This document shows positions 38,701-49,200 of a stretch of 64,000 nt of DNA, in pieces. The position numbers and the translations under genes were made by a program. The DNA comes from a virus (Duplodnaviria; Caudoviricetes), in the IMG/VR virus record IMGVR_UViG_3300020331_000002. One strand, written 5' to 3'. The first letter of the stretch is position 1; each line of letters opens with the position of its first letter. The notes beneath the pieces were generated by a model. It searched no databases. It had not been told where the DNA came from and was given only the letters and a program-made list of their open reading frames with translations.

Positions 38701-41700
38701 GCTTCGTAGGCGTTAGTATCATACTCGCAACTTGGTACACACTCGCTGTTCTATTAGGCAATGAACCCGCAATCGTTGTTTTTCCCGACACCCAGAAGTA
38801 ATACTTGATTACAGACGCTTTGGTTGCAGAGTTGTACACTTCACGTTGAGTGTATTCGTTTATGTTGCGTGGTGTTCCTGACCCACTGTACTGACTAGGC
38901 GGAACGTCACTTTCGATCCACTCGTAAACAGCCGCCTCAGAACCAGGGAATACCGCGCCCCAGTAATCACGGCGTTCATAGATACTGCCTTGCTCGTAAT
39001 ACAAATAAGCCATCTTAGACGTGTCCCACCAAACTTGACCAATATTGTCTTGATCAAATAAGTTATTGAAGTCAACATGCTCATATACATCCGAGTTGGT
39101 GTATTTGGCTGGGTCAGACGTCATGCGCCACGTTACATTCTGTTCGACTACTGTTGGTAGCAAACCTTTAAAAGGATCGTATACAGGTAACAAGAAGAGC
39201 GTTTCTGCGGTCTTTTCGTCATATAAAAACGCTTGGTCAAACAAATGCGTGTTGACTAACGTTTCTCGCTGTCTTATCGTGGTTTGTACCACATCGTTTA
39301 CCACAGCTTGTATTTCGTACGGCACAAACACGTTGCCTCGGAACTGATAAACAGCCCAGTCGTTCTCGCCAGCTGCGTGATCCACCCATGCTAATTCACC
39401 CTCTAAGAAAGGACTGTTAGCTGAATACACTTCCATGTCATTTCGTGTGTCAAATCTGCAAGATTCAAAACATATAACCCGCATAGTAAGGACTGGCGCA
39501 AACTCGTCTAATTCATCAATATCAGCGTTTTCTAGTAACACGGTATCAGCAGCGGTTAAGTCAGTGCCCGCTAAGTCGCGATATAGTGCATATCTACGAG
39601 TATAGCTAGTCTCTTTCTCGCTCGTTTCATCTATCACCGGTTTGACAAGTACTTGTTTTCCTGCAATATTGCGACGTGGTGACTCCGTATCTAAGCTTGG
39701 GTCAATAGTCACTAAACGACTATAAAGCACGAATGCTTCGCTTGATACTTCACGCGCAAAAACGTCAAACAAGTCAACGTCAGTTTCAAGATACCAAGTA
39801 CTACCGGACTTGAATACTGCTGAGTTTTGTTGAGTTAGTAACTCGGTGGCGCGCAGAACGTCCCAGTCGTCTTTTGCATTGCGTGCTAGCCATAGCGTGT
39901 CACGAGATTCAACACTCTCATTACCTTCGCTGTCGTAAGTGTAATTCACACTAGGAATAGCGGGTTCGCTATTATAATCAAAGACTTGTTCAACATTAAA
40001 CGCGGTGTAGTCTACATCACGTATATGAACGTAACCCGCAGTTGGCATATCGTAATCAATTACGTCGGTTTTAGGGAACAAATCTATCGGGCTAGTGTTC
40101 ACCGGACGGCGGTGCCAGCTATCAACACTATCTTGGTCAACTACAATAATATTATCCTTGTCGCTGTCATTATCAGACAACCCTTCAAGGGTAGCAACCA
40201 TGTCATCTTCCCAGGCAATATCAGTATCATCCCAAGCATCGGTGCCAAACCCGCCGATGTCGAATGAATCTGAACGAGAAACAATAACAGTCGGTGTCTT
40301 GGTATAGCCTTCACCCGAGCTAACTAGAGTAACATCGCTTATTCTGCCATCTTCGCTTAGTTCGCACTTAGCAGTTGCCCACACTATATGCCCCGTATCA
40401 TCAGGCGCAGGGATTATTCTAATATGCGGAGGTGTTGCGTAGAACTCTTCTAAGTCAACAATCTCAATAGAGTGCACCTTTTTATGATCAGTAACCGGTG
40501 TATCTATCAACACAGCTTGCGGGTCACTTACTACCTTTTCCGACGATAGTAAAATATCAAAGCGCTGGGTATTATTAGTTGCGCCGAAGTCGCCTACCTT
40601 AACAGCCCATTCTTCGTTTATGGTGATATTTTCTGACGCGTCTGTATCCAGGGCACGCAGGATCTTGTCACTACTAGTAACCGTTCCTTTTTCTTGGATC
40701 ATGCCACGATAAAACTCGTACTGTGCGTTGTCTCCCAGGCCAAGCGCAGTCAAATAATCCTTACTATCGTAGCCTATCAGGTGTCGTGCTGCGTTAGTAA
40801 TACCAGATCTGTCTAACACGCTTTCACTGTTATGGTAATCACGGATACTTGACGTGTTGTTTTCCAAGTTAGTGATAAGAGACCCAGACTCAGTTATAAT
40901 ATATCCGGGCGCTTCTTTCTTACCGCTCCAGCCAAATGATCTAAATCCGTCAAATATGATGCGCTTCTTTCTTTGCTGCAATAAGCCATCAAACATAACA
41001 TCGTCAAATACGGTTTTGTTATCAAACACAACTACGTGTTCGGAATCCTTGACCCCAAACCGAGCAAAGAAAATACCCGCGTCCTCACTCGCAGTTTCAA
41101 GTGAAATATGCTTTTCGGTACGGCCGAACACTATTGCACTGCGACTAAGCGGCAGGCCAGCTTTGTTTAGCACAACAAACTCACTTGACTTGTCACTTAC
41201 TACAGGTACCGGGTAACCTTGGTCAAATGTTACCGACACCTTTGAGCTTATCGGACTCAATGCCAATAGCGAGTTATTTTCCCAGTTAGACGCTATCCAG
41301 TTTAGTAACTGTTTAGAGCTCTGAACAAAGTCTCTACGTGCTGATGTTACTGGATCACGTTCTTCAAAGTCAAACCCAATGCCATTTAAGTAAGCACCGT
41401 AGCCTATCATGAAGTCTACCAAATCCTGTACAGATGTGAACTCGTGGCCATAGTTTATGCTCAGCTCGCTTGTTGAATCACGCTCTGGATATACTTGCGC
41501 AGACACTGCGTTGATTTTAGGTAGCTCACTTAATGCAGTCCATAAAGTAGGATCAAATACCTGACTATAGTGAGTGGATTTAGCACGGTAGTAAGTACCG
41601 TTCCTTTCTATAATTGAACCAATATTGTACTGCTTATCTTCAGTATAGGTACTAAAAGGTGCGTCTTCTCCACCGCCTTGTATTGTGTAAGACCTGGCGT

Positions 41701-44700
41701 CAGACAGCTTGCCGTAATATTTGAACCAAGGAGACTGAACGTCATAACCATAAACACGGAACGTGTTGGCTCTAACCTTACGAACAATAATACCAGAATA
41801 TGCTTTGACGTCGTATACTTCACTGTCTAAAATCACAGTGTCAATGTTTTCCGACGGCACGTTCAAGTTTGCACCATCGCCTGATACGTTTATCGAGCTT
41901 GTCTTGTAAGTTGTGTTTTCAGGCACAGTAAACCCGCCCATTTTATGGACTAGTTGAACACGCGCATTGCGTACTTTCTGGCCTAGTAATTCTGACACAT
42001 TCTTATTGTTGCGATCTAAGTAATCAGATAACCATTGCTGGTACCCGTAACGAGATACTACTTCGCCATCGCGTACTTCGCCATGCACTACTAAATCAGA
42101 ACGCTGTACACGTTTGCCGGTTTCGTTAAACACGATTTGTTCAGGGCTACGGCTTGACGCAGTAATGTTCACAGTGTCCCACATCAAGTCGCTGAACTTA
42201 GCAGGCTTAGTCAACAACATAAGACGCATAACTTCAAACGGATATATAGAACTCATTCTCCAGCTTTCTTCAGCAGGAGATCCGTCTCCGAAATTCCAGT
42301 CACGGGTAAATGTTGATGCTTTTGCCAGGTCAGGGTCACTCACTAATCCCAACTCATACGGAGTTTTTAAGTTGCCGTCATCGTCAACTGGGATTTCAGT
42401 AAAGCCCATCTTCTTAGACTTAGGTAGTCTTACGTTCGTAACACCTGTGATTTCGTCCCACATTGCGGTGTTTCGTGCGCTATAATCAGTACCGTAAATT
42501 GAAGTCCAATCACCTGGTCTGTCGGAAAACCCTAAACATTCCCAAGGGGTAAGGTGCGGGGTAGTTGTGCCGTATCTGTAACGATACATACCGCGCCATG
42601 AATTGGGCATATTAGTTTTCACTTTAGCCGCATCGTAATTATACGTCCACTCATTACCTTCTTGGTACTGTGCATTCTCGCGCCACTGTATGCCGTTATC
42701 AGTAGTCCATGTGTTAAAAGGTCTAACTAATATTTCATTAATCTCTTTGCGGGAAAACTCAGTTTTTCTTAACTGGTTTGGCACAATGTCGTTAACCAGT
42801 AGCGGCGGTGTATAACTACCATCAACTAGAGAGTTTTTCTTGTATTCATCTCTGATATTGTTGTAAATTCGCTTCTCTAACTCCAACAATAACTGGTCAC
42901 GCACATCGCCATAAACAGGCGTCTTACTGCCGTCATGGCCTAAAATGTAGCCGTTTTCCGGCTTGTTAAACTCGCTAGGCGGTGTAACCGGTGCTTGGCC
43001 AGGGAAAGGAATACTTTCGTCATATACATAGCGTGGTTTGAATACAGGATAAAGACCTAATGTACTCGGCGTTGCAGGTATACGAGATGACTCCAGGTTA
43101 CGATAAACACGGATTGTCAATTCACGATAAAGTGTACTCACGTCACGGTAGTACGGATCAGACGGATACGTATCTGGGTCATAGCGCTCGCGCATGTAAA
43201 CGTCGGTACCAAACAACACATAGTCATCACCCTCAGTCAACACACGCTCGGCGAATCCATAATCGCGCTGAGCGTTTGAATCCAACAACTTCTCGATAAT
43301 TATAAGAGTAGAGCGCGTATCATCGTAACCAGATATGTCAGTTAGCGTCGGATTAATTGCGTCATATTTAACGAAGCCTTCACTCATCTGCGCCGAGCGC
43401 CTAAACACTGACGGATCACTTAGCTTGAACTCTTCATACACTGACCCGAACGGAAACATATACGTATTATTATAGGTGTTGTATGACACTGATCCGTCAA
43501 GAACAGTAGTAACCGCCTCGTTAAATACGCGGTCAATCACGCTAGTATTTTCTAGATCCAAGCTTTGTGATATTCTAGTTAAATCACCAGAGTCGCTTAA
43601 ATCCTTAACAGCTTTTGTGAACTTATTTTTAAACCTAACGTAGTCGCCGCCTGCTTGTTTCATAGCAGGAATGATCGGCATGTCTTTGCTGTTGGCAGTA
43701 AGCATAACAGACAGTAGGTTACTTGAACTCTGTCTAATATATTTGCCGCCCGATACGTCTTTTGAAGAGTTAAAGTACTGGTTCTTCTGCCCGTAGCGGA
43801 TCGCCCCAGTTTCAGTATGGGTGGCTAGAATGCTTAAGAAGTGCGGCATCAAGTCATTAACAGATGCTTCGACTACATCTTCATTGTTGTAGTTGGTCTC
43901 TAATGATGACGGCACTTCATAAAAAGCACTTGTGTTGTCTTTTAATACTTCATCACTTTCGTACTGGACAAAAATAGTATCGTTATCTTGCGCGGTGTCA
44001 GGGAAGTTACTGAAACGCAAGGTGCGCTTGTTCACGATACGATAGCGATTAGAATTAAGCTTAGTGCCGTTATGGAATACACTAACCTCATCACTGTAAT
44101 TTACAGGATGAATAAGCTGGTAATCTGTCTGCGACAAAAGGATTTTCTTAAGTTCAAGTTTCGTTTTAACCGATCTTGATTTAATAGTTATATTATCGTT
44201 TGCAGATGTAGGCGCGTCAATAAACACTTGGTCATTTACAACCGAGTAAACATCCGGAGAAAGCCTCTCGCCGTTTATTTCTATATCGACAGTAGTTGGT
44301 TCAGGCACCAAAGATAAAGTTAATACACGAGTGTCTAGGTCGTCAGTCGCTACAAATTGATCTACAATTGGTTGTTTTTGTTTATCACCAAGTGACCAGA
44401 AGTTTTCATACGTACCTGCTGCGGCAAATCCGTTACGAGCAGTCGGGTATCGTTTGAAATAATAGTAGCCAGGAATCTCTACACTCTCTGTATCGGATTG
44501 AACGTAAATTCTATCCTTATCCAAATTAGCAGTGAATACAATGTCAGTAATCTGACCAATACCTGTATAAGTAAGGTACTTGCCTACTTCGGTATTAAGC
44601 ACTGAACTGAATTCATTTACTTTGTAGCTGAATAACTTACTGCCCGAGAATATCACATTCGGAATATCTTCTATACGACGGTTTTCCAAGCTATCCGAAT

Positions 44701-46234
44701 TATAAAGACTGAAAAGCGGATCTTGGTTAACGTCGTATTTTTGTTGACCAGAGTGGAGCAAGCCAGCGCGAAGCTCGCTTTCGGTATCAAACAAACTGAT
44801 GCGGTCTTCAGTCGCCTCGTATACATACCAAAATAAATCTTTGCCACGGTCAGCCACAAGCTCACCGTCACGTACGGTGACTATGTCGTTGTTAAGGAAT
44901 CTATAACGGCTATTACCTGACAATTCCGGGTGTATGACAACAGGCTCGAAGTCAAGTTGCACCATGCCTTGGCTGTCAACTGTACGGCTAATAACACGAA
45001 ACACGTTGTCGCGTCCGCGATATCTACTGTTGGCTGCGGCCTTTAGTCTATCAAGGTTGTCGTCATGCCAGATACGTGATCCTTCGTTTGACTCAGACAG
45101 GGTAACGTAATCAGTACCAGATATAATATCAATCGGCGAACGCAATACGAACACGTTGTCTACTTTAGGGTTAAACGTGCCGATACTATCGACAGACAAA
45201 ACGTTGTCGACATATCGTAACCAATTAGAACCGGTGTGATATAGTTCAATATCCTTGGTGAACTCTATAATAGGCATACTTGCGCGTTCTGCAAAAGTAA
45301 ACAGCGATATATCAGTTGCTTCTTGTTCGTTTAGCGCTTTTTGCTGTGCTGTGATTGAATCAATATGCAACCAGCCATTAGTGCGAGACCACGGGTTTTT
45401 ATCCTTGGCGCCGCGTTCAATAGTAATATAGTCTTTACCGATTACTGATTCTATAGCGTCCCATGCATTGGTGTCCCAGCCATCCGGACCATCATAGATG
45501 TTAATATCATACGTGTTCGGCGGAGTGCCTCGAGTTTCAACGCCGATTTTAGTAGCATTTTCATCCCAAGGCAGATACTCCCATGGATCAACCGGTAATA
45601 CTTGTTTCTCTACTTCTATAAACTCAACATAGCTACCGATGCCTTCCACGATGAATTTTTTTCCAGCGTAATCACCAGCGGCAATGTTAGTAAACTCAAC
45701 TACCATGCCGTTTAGCATGTCAAAACCAGCAAGGGTTAACGACGTACTACCGACTAGGCCGGCAATATCAACATCAGTTAAGTCCGATACTTTAATTGCA
45801 GGCATATTGTTATACAAGTCAGAGAACCAGTAATACCAAGTGTGGTTTACAAACTTGTCAACATCAATTGGCGGAGACCATACGTACTCGTCTGATTCAA
45901 ACAAGCGTTCATGATTCTCGATATTGCCACCGTTACGCTGCAAATACGCAAGGAAGTCCATATACGACTTAATATCAGTCGGCGTAGTACTTGTATCAGT
46001 GCCCGAAATTACGCCGGGCTCTAGCTGATATGCGTGCCTAAATTTGCTTAGCTCTGGTTTATAATAATCCGAAGTATTGTCATAAACACTGCCTGGACGC
46101 TGGCCAATATATGCCTGGAAATACTGTCTTTCTTGTTCACTAGATAATTGGTCTATAGTTGAACTAAACAGTTTTTCCATTACCGGGGTTCTGTTAACCG
46201 CCGGTAATTTATTGATGTTGTTATTTTTAGCCAT
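35720..46234 (-). CDS. Giant 3504-aa virion structural protein (baseplate wedge-associated)
   Basis: Uninterrupted 10.5-kb ORF directly after the gp6-like wedge gene; NPWSRTN.W, EEWAVKVGDFG, VKPYRTKIR motifs recalled from RaK2-like giant proteins. Confidence 0.8.
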   Translation of the reverse strand: MAKNNNINKLPAVNRTPVMEKLFSSTIDQLSSEQERQYFQAYIGQRPGSVYDNTSDYYKPELSKFRHAYQLEPGVISGTDTSTTPTDIKSYMDFLAYLQRNGGNIENHERLFESDEYVWSPPIDVDKFVNHTWYYWFSDLYNNMPAIKVSDLTDVDIAGLVGSTSLTLAGFDMLNGMVVEFTNIAAGDYAGKKFIVEGIGSYVEFIEVEKQVLPVDPWEYLPWDENATKIGVETRGTPPNTYDINIYDGPDGWDTNAWDAIESVIGKDYITIERGAKDKNPWSRTNGWLHIDSITAQQKALNEQEATDISLFTFAERASMPIIEFTKDIELYHTGSNWLRYVDNVLSVDSIGTFNPKVDNVFVLRSPIDIISGTDYVTLSESNEGSRIWHDDNLDRLKAAANSRYRGRDNVFRVISRTVDSQGMVQLDFEPVVIHPELSGNSRYRFLNNDIVTVRDGELVADRGKDLFWYVYEATEDRISLFDTESELRAGLLHSGQQKYDVNQDPLFSLYNSDSLENRRIEDIPNVIFSGSKLFSYKVNEFSSVLNTEVGKYLTYTGIGQITDIVFTANLDKDRIYVQSDTESVEIPGYYYFKRYPTARNGFAAAGTYENFWSLGDKQKQPIVDQFVATDDLDTRVLTLSLVPEPTTVDIEINGERLSPDVYSVVNDQVFIDAPTSANDNITIKSRSVKTKLELKKILLSQTDYQLIHPVNYSDEVSVFHNGTKLNSNRYRIVNKRTLRFSNFPDTAQDNDTIFVQYESDEVLKDNTSAFYEVPSSLETNYNNEDVVEASVNDLMPHFLSILATHTETGAIRYGQKNQYFNSSKDVSGGKYIRQSSSNLLSVMLTANSKDMPIIPAMKQAGGDYVRFKNKFTKAVKDLSDSGDLTRISQSLDLENTSVIDRVFNEAVTTVLDGSVSYNTYNNTYMFPFGSVYEEFKLSDPSVFRRSAQMSEGFVKYDAINPTLTDISGYDDTRSTLIIIEKLLDSNAQRDYGFAERVLTEGDDYVLFGTDVYMRERYDPDTYPSDPYYRDVSTLYRELTIRVYRNLESSRIPATPSTLGLYPVFKPRYVYDESIPFPGQAPVTPPSEFNKPENGYILGHDGSKTPVYGDVRDQLLLELEKRIYNNIRDEYKKNSLVDGSYTPPLLVNDIVPNQLRKTEFSRKEINEILVRPFNTWTTDNGIQWRENAQYQEGNEWTYNYDAAKVKTNMPNSWRGMYRYRYGTTTPHLTPWECLGFSDRPGDWTSIYGTDYSARNTAMWDEITGVTNVRLPKSKKMGFTEIPVDDDGNLKTPYELGLVSDPDLAKASTFTRDWNFGDGSPAEESWRMSSIYPFEVMRLMLLTKPAKFSDLMWDTVNITASSRSPEQIVFNETGKRVQRSDLVVHGEVRDGEVVSRYGYQQWLSDYLDRNNKNVSELLGQKVRNARVQLVHKMGGFTVPENTTYKTSSINVSGDGANLNVPSENIDTVILDSEVYDVKAYSGIIVRKVRANTFRVYGYDVQSPWFKYYGKLSDARSYTIQGGGEDAPFSTYTEDKQYNIGSIIERNGTYYRAKSTHYSQVFDPTLWTALSELPKINAVSAQVYPERDSTSELSINYGHEFTSVQDLVDFMIGYGAYLNGIGFDFEERDPVTSARRDFVQSSKQLLNWIASNWENNSLLALSPISSKVSVTFDQGYPVPVVSDKSSEFVVLNKAGLPLSRSAIVFGRTEKHISLETASEDAGIFFARFGVKDSEHVVVFDNKTVFDDVMFDGLLQQRKKRIIFDGFRSFGWSGKKEAPGYIITESGSLITNLENNTSSIRDYHNSESVLDRSGITNAARHLIGYDSKDYLTALGLGDNAQYEFYRGMIQEKGTVTSSDKILRALDTDASENITINEEWAVKVGDFGATNNTQRFDILLSSEKVVSDPQAVLIDTPVTDHKKVHSIEIVDLEEFYATPPHIRIIPAPDDTGHIVWATAKCELSEDGRISDVTLVSSGEGYTKTPTVIVSRSDSFDIGGFGTDAWDDTDIAWEDDMVATLEGLSDNDSDKDNIIVVDQDSVDSWHRRPVNTSPIDLFPKTDVIDYDMPTAGYVHIRDVDYTAFNVEQVFDYNSEPAIPSVNYTYDSEGNESVESRDTLWLARNAKDDWDVLRATELLTQQNSAVFKSGSTWYLETDVDLFDVFAREVSSEAFVLYSRLVTIDPSLDTESPRRNIAGKQVLVKPVIDETSEKETSYTRRYALYRDLAGTDLTAADTVLLENADIDELDEFAPVLTMRVICFESCRFDTRNDMEVYSANSPFLEGELAWVDHAAGENDWAVYQFRGNVFVPYEIQAVVNDVVQTTIRQRETLVNTHLFDQAFLYDEKTAETLFLLPVYDPFKGLLPTVVEQNVTWRMTSDPAKYTNSDVYEHVDFNNLFDQDNIGQVWWDTSKMAYLYYEQGSIYERRDYWGAVFPGSEAAVYEWIESDVPPSQYSGSGTPRNINEYTQREVYNSATKASVIKYYFWVSGKTTIAGSLPNRTASVYQVASMILTPTKQNYIWFSPINDHKNDVDRRHRYVEVTTDYETGNFIDLGADWISDVRVFRLRDGKFYGDGHNWRVVKGGLEFDSVLEPNETFAISYQTSSYAVDGNSFVFANVSSVARNRNTAFQINYKYKETHNQNHTEWVIINEDGSDTKLPEAHWEKFIDSFTGITKPTGWDEVKQGLYNLREDGFAYTESKLTTGNVTSLLLDRYDTRFPESRGVIELNGERIYYNTRVIVDADGNESKYGKIKLIGLDRGYQDTDVVEHPVDSYVRLVYETSPDVPAQFVGSYASSALPDLPTQIEAVTGAKSTDSYLMVPDPSLGDYEKYGNSNTPRQSWFKDVFAARKVIFQDINENIKNLRIRSDYPEWNLFLAEQEGTLWQWGVWYADGYSAENVNPTRLVKSPSELSALKSRLVTGDQVRVQPVVNANYTVYEVNSTGSFEIVAVQNETVEILPRAWTGKYSHQLRLELRLLMDLLREYIFVGDTEKYMNSAVFTAFVYVMSEQDHVDWLFKTSYVSVRQTGNTFDTPAITTPNNIELLGSYIEDVKPYRTKIRNFSSAYTVNRDDDSLVEIAGLEDIVTTTTININRVWSESVSDIPPNDGSVTSLTYDEASFDRVNDINAGRVYAIDSGEFGTFDENDPGLMSASDAGYMHIEYKPEMNQTFVVEFDVTTQVVDVMGPFVFVNGREINMFNYDATEKVLRVIVPLHEGDIVEIYDVRPSESRSFANPMTREDLMSGIAPIEVHDALVVTVETNPSHIIEYVKVTSDNLTLADVDSSTSRVYVARKVPRYNVSPNVTTEWIVEELSDFFDNVRSEPWDEYVDGEYVHRWDSTPWDTDASITFDNTTIPVNSWLVIVSESSFSDANYAYRYLLDETSDHQVFVMGNASATVSSSELPSNKYSVKVEGDYTSQGNTGRFWINGEMVSYSNIAYDGAHTTFYGLKRGQLSTSIANHAPGSRIQFVSDTQFVDPDVFYTGDSFEFDSGVESFVKSSGAANPITYKYL

Positions 46235-46237
46235 AAA

Positions 46238-49200
46238 TTATGATCTTTTTCTCATATTACCTGGTGTGAGATCGTTTACAATCTCAACGTTATCAACTGT
46301 GGCAGTCGATATAAATAATTCGTTTGTTTCAGCCTGTACTTTAAACAAGTCACCAAATGTGCCAGTGGCTTTTTCGGGAACAATAACAACAGAACTAATC
46401 TTTGTAGACAAACGTTGATGTATGAATGCCGACAATTCAGTGTAATAAAAGCTATCACCGAAATTCCAGTTAGAAATTTCAAAGTATTCATCTATAGCCT
46501 TTATAACTTCTGTTTTAATTTCGTTATCGCTTACCACTACGCCTGGTATTTTAACTACTAGGAATTTCGCTTGGTGTTCTTTATTAGCTTGTGTTCCGAA
46601 TAGAGTTTTAAATTTAGCAGGACGAAATACAATCTCGTCACTCATCATTTTATACTCTTTTAAGTCACCAAACTGTATACCCAATTCACGCATTGTCGGG
46701 TAATCAGGAAACTCACTAGCACTACCGTTTGATCGCTTCCAGCTCTGCACTTGTGCGTAATATCCACTCGTCAAAACATACATATCAACTATGTTACTTG
46801 GACTAGGATCTATACGGTGATCAGTTGGCGCATAATGGATCCATCTAAAGTAAACAGGAAGCGTTTCATCGCTAAAGGTATTTACCGCAAATGATCTGCC
46901 CCTTTTTGCCGAATACGAAGTAGATTCAACAATATTTGACGTAACCGTTTCGCCGTCCGGAATATCATCAACGTGTTTAATTAACGGCAAAATATAAAAC
47001 TTATCTTCAGACTCAATATAAACAACTTTGTTCTCGAAATTACGAGCAACTGTAAATTGGGTACGTCTATCAACTGCACCGCTTGACACTATGGACGCAA
47101 ACAAAGTCATATAAGAGTAATCAGGCATCGTGATCATTTTAATATTACGAATACGCTGGCCGTTAAATTCAATATTAGTCCAGTCAATTAAGTTAAGTTG
47201 GCTAGTTGCGGTAATATTAACAATGCCGCCTACTAATACATTTTCAGTCTCGTTTCCTTGGTAATCAATTACAGACTCAAACGCAACTTTAGACGCAAGT
47301 GGCACAAAGTTATCAAACGCAAGTGGGTTTTCACTCACGCCATCAGCGTTTAAATCCGCGGGTGTTATTTCCACTCGTCGGTTATTAACTGAACCATCAT
47401 CGTTTAGATACTGTTTCACCACGTTAAAAATAATATCATTACCTAAACGAGCACCGTCGCTGTAAGTAATTGTAACGGATGATTGACCGTCAGTTACAGG
47501 CGGTAACGAATCCAAATCACTGTCCGATACTTTTACAAAACCGTTACTTGCTTCCATAGAAATATTAGTAAACGCGCCTGTTTTAGTAAGCGTCACGTTA
47601 CTGCTATTACCTGGGCGAGTCATCACAATAATATTATCCGTGGTGACTGTCCCGTTGCGCCATACCACTTTTGTTTCAGTACTTTGTAGTACGCCGAAAG
47701 AATCATATCTCGGTATTTTCTCTACCGATCCAACCCATGTTTCACTAGGGTAAGGACTCGTGTTATCAGCAGTCAATACAATTTGGTCTCGACGAGCACG
47801 ACCGGTATATAAATCAATCGCAGGATTGTCGCCATCATAAAAGAATGCCGCTTGCTGGTAGCTTTCAAATACATAACGATCGCCGCGTGTAATTACCCTA
47901 TACTTCGTTAGGTTATTTTCTCTAAGTGATTCAAAATAAATTAACCAAGAGTTTTCACCAGTAATTTCAAAGTCAGCATCAGGGTCAGCTATATTTTCAA
48001 TAATATACCATTGTTCTTCAATGATGTCGTAACCTAATCCAAATGACTTGGTATTAATTATATTCTCTATAATGTTGATCCCAACACTGTCAGTGATATT
48101 TGAGTTGTCGCCGACTGTGCTTGACACGGTTTCATAAAGACTTGCGGTTGTTCCGTCTACTCGTTGTTTAATTCCAGTAAAATATGATGAGAAATCAATA
48201 TTCATTCTAGGAATGATACGAGTTAATATGTAGCCGGCTGGTACCTCTTTACTCAACGTAATCGGACCACGGGTTTCATTGTCCGACGGGATACCAAAAC
48301 GAGTCAGTCCGGTTACATTCACATGTATTTTATCAAACGAATCGTTCGGGTTCACAAACGTCAATGCAGCGCCTTGTTTGATATTAGGCAAAATGCCACC
48401 ATAACTATTTGTATCTTGCGAGGACAAGGTCACGTCACTGTTACCTCGTCTAAAATATAAGTAGCCATAGTTATATTTGCTCAAGCCTGGTTTTGTTTTC
48501 CAAAGCACAGGGACTTCAGTATCAACGACAAAAGCGTCTAGACCCGCCTCTGGCAAATAACTCGCAAAGAAAAAGTTTCGTAAACGATAATTATCCACAA
48601 ACGGCGACACTCGGTTGATTAGCAAATCCCGCACTGGTATCTTATTACTCTGGGATGCGGCGACAGGAATATCAAATATCTCTTGTTCTGGCTGATCACG
48701 TTCAATAAACAATACCCCGTCGTCGCCTGCTACGCTTAAATTCTTGACATAGCCTGTCGGATCCGCTGTGTTAACGTATCTACTATGGCCGGCATACGTG
48801 CGGTTCACAGCGTGAAGCTTTTCAATCTCGTTACCTTTTTGTAGAGGTAGTGAGTTGTAATCTTCGCCGTTAACCATACGGTTTTGGGTGTAATATACTG
48901 CCGGAGCGCGTTGCTTAATATTCTCAGTTGTTTCAGACGGTGCGCCGTTATCTACTGTATATTCCAAGCTAGCAGTTACCGTAAGTGTGTAGGTTTGTTG
49001 GTCCTTACCGATATAACGAAGCGCTATTTGGATATTGCTAGCGTCACTAGGACGGATAATAACATTTTCGTTCTGTGACTGGCGGTACCATACTCGGTAG
49101 TTACCTTTAGGCATCTCGCCGTTTACACCGTCGCTGAATTTCAAACTAACGGTGTCGTTCAAGTTAGTAATTTCAGAATATATCTTACGCTCAGATGCGC

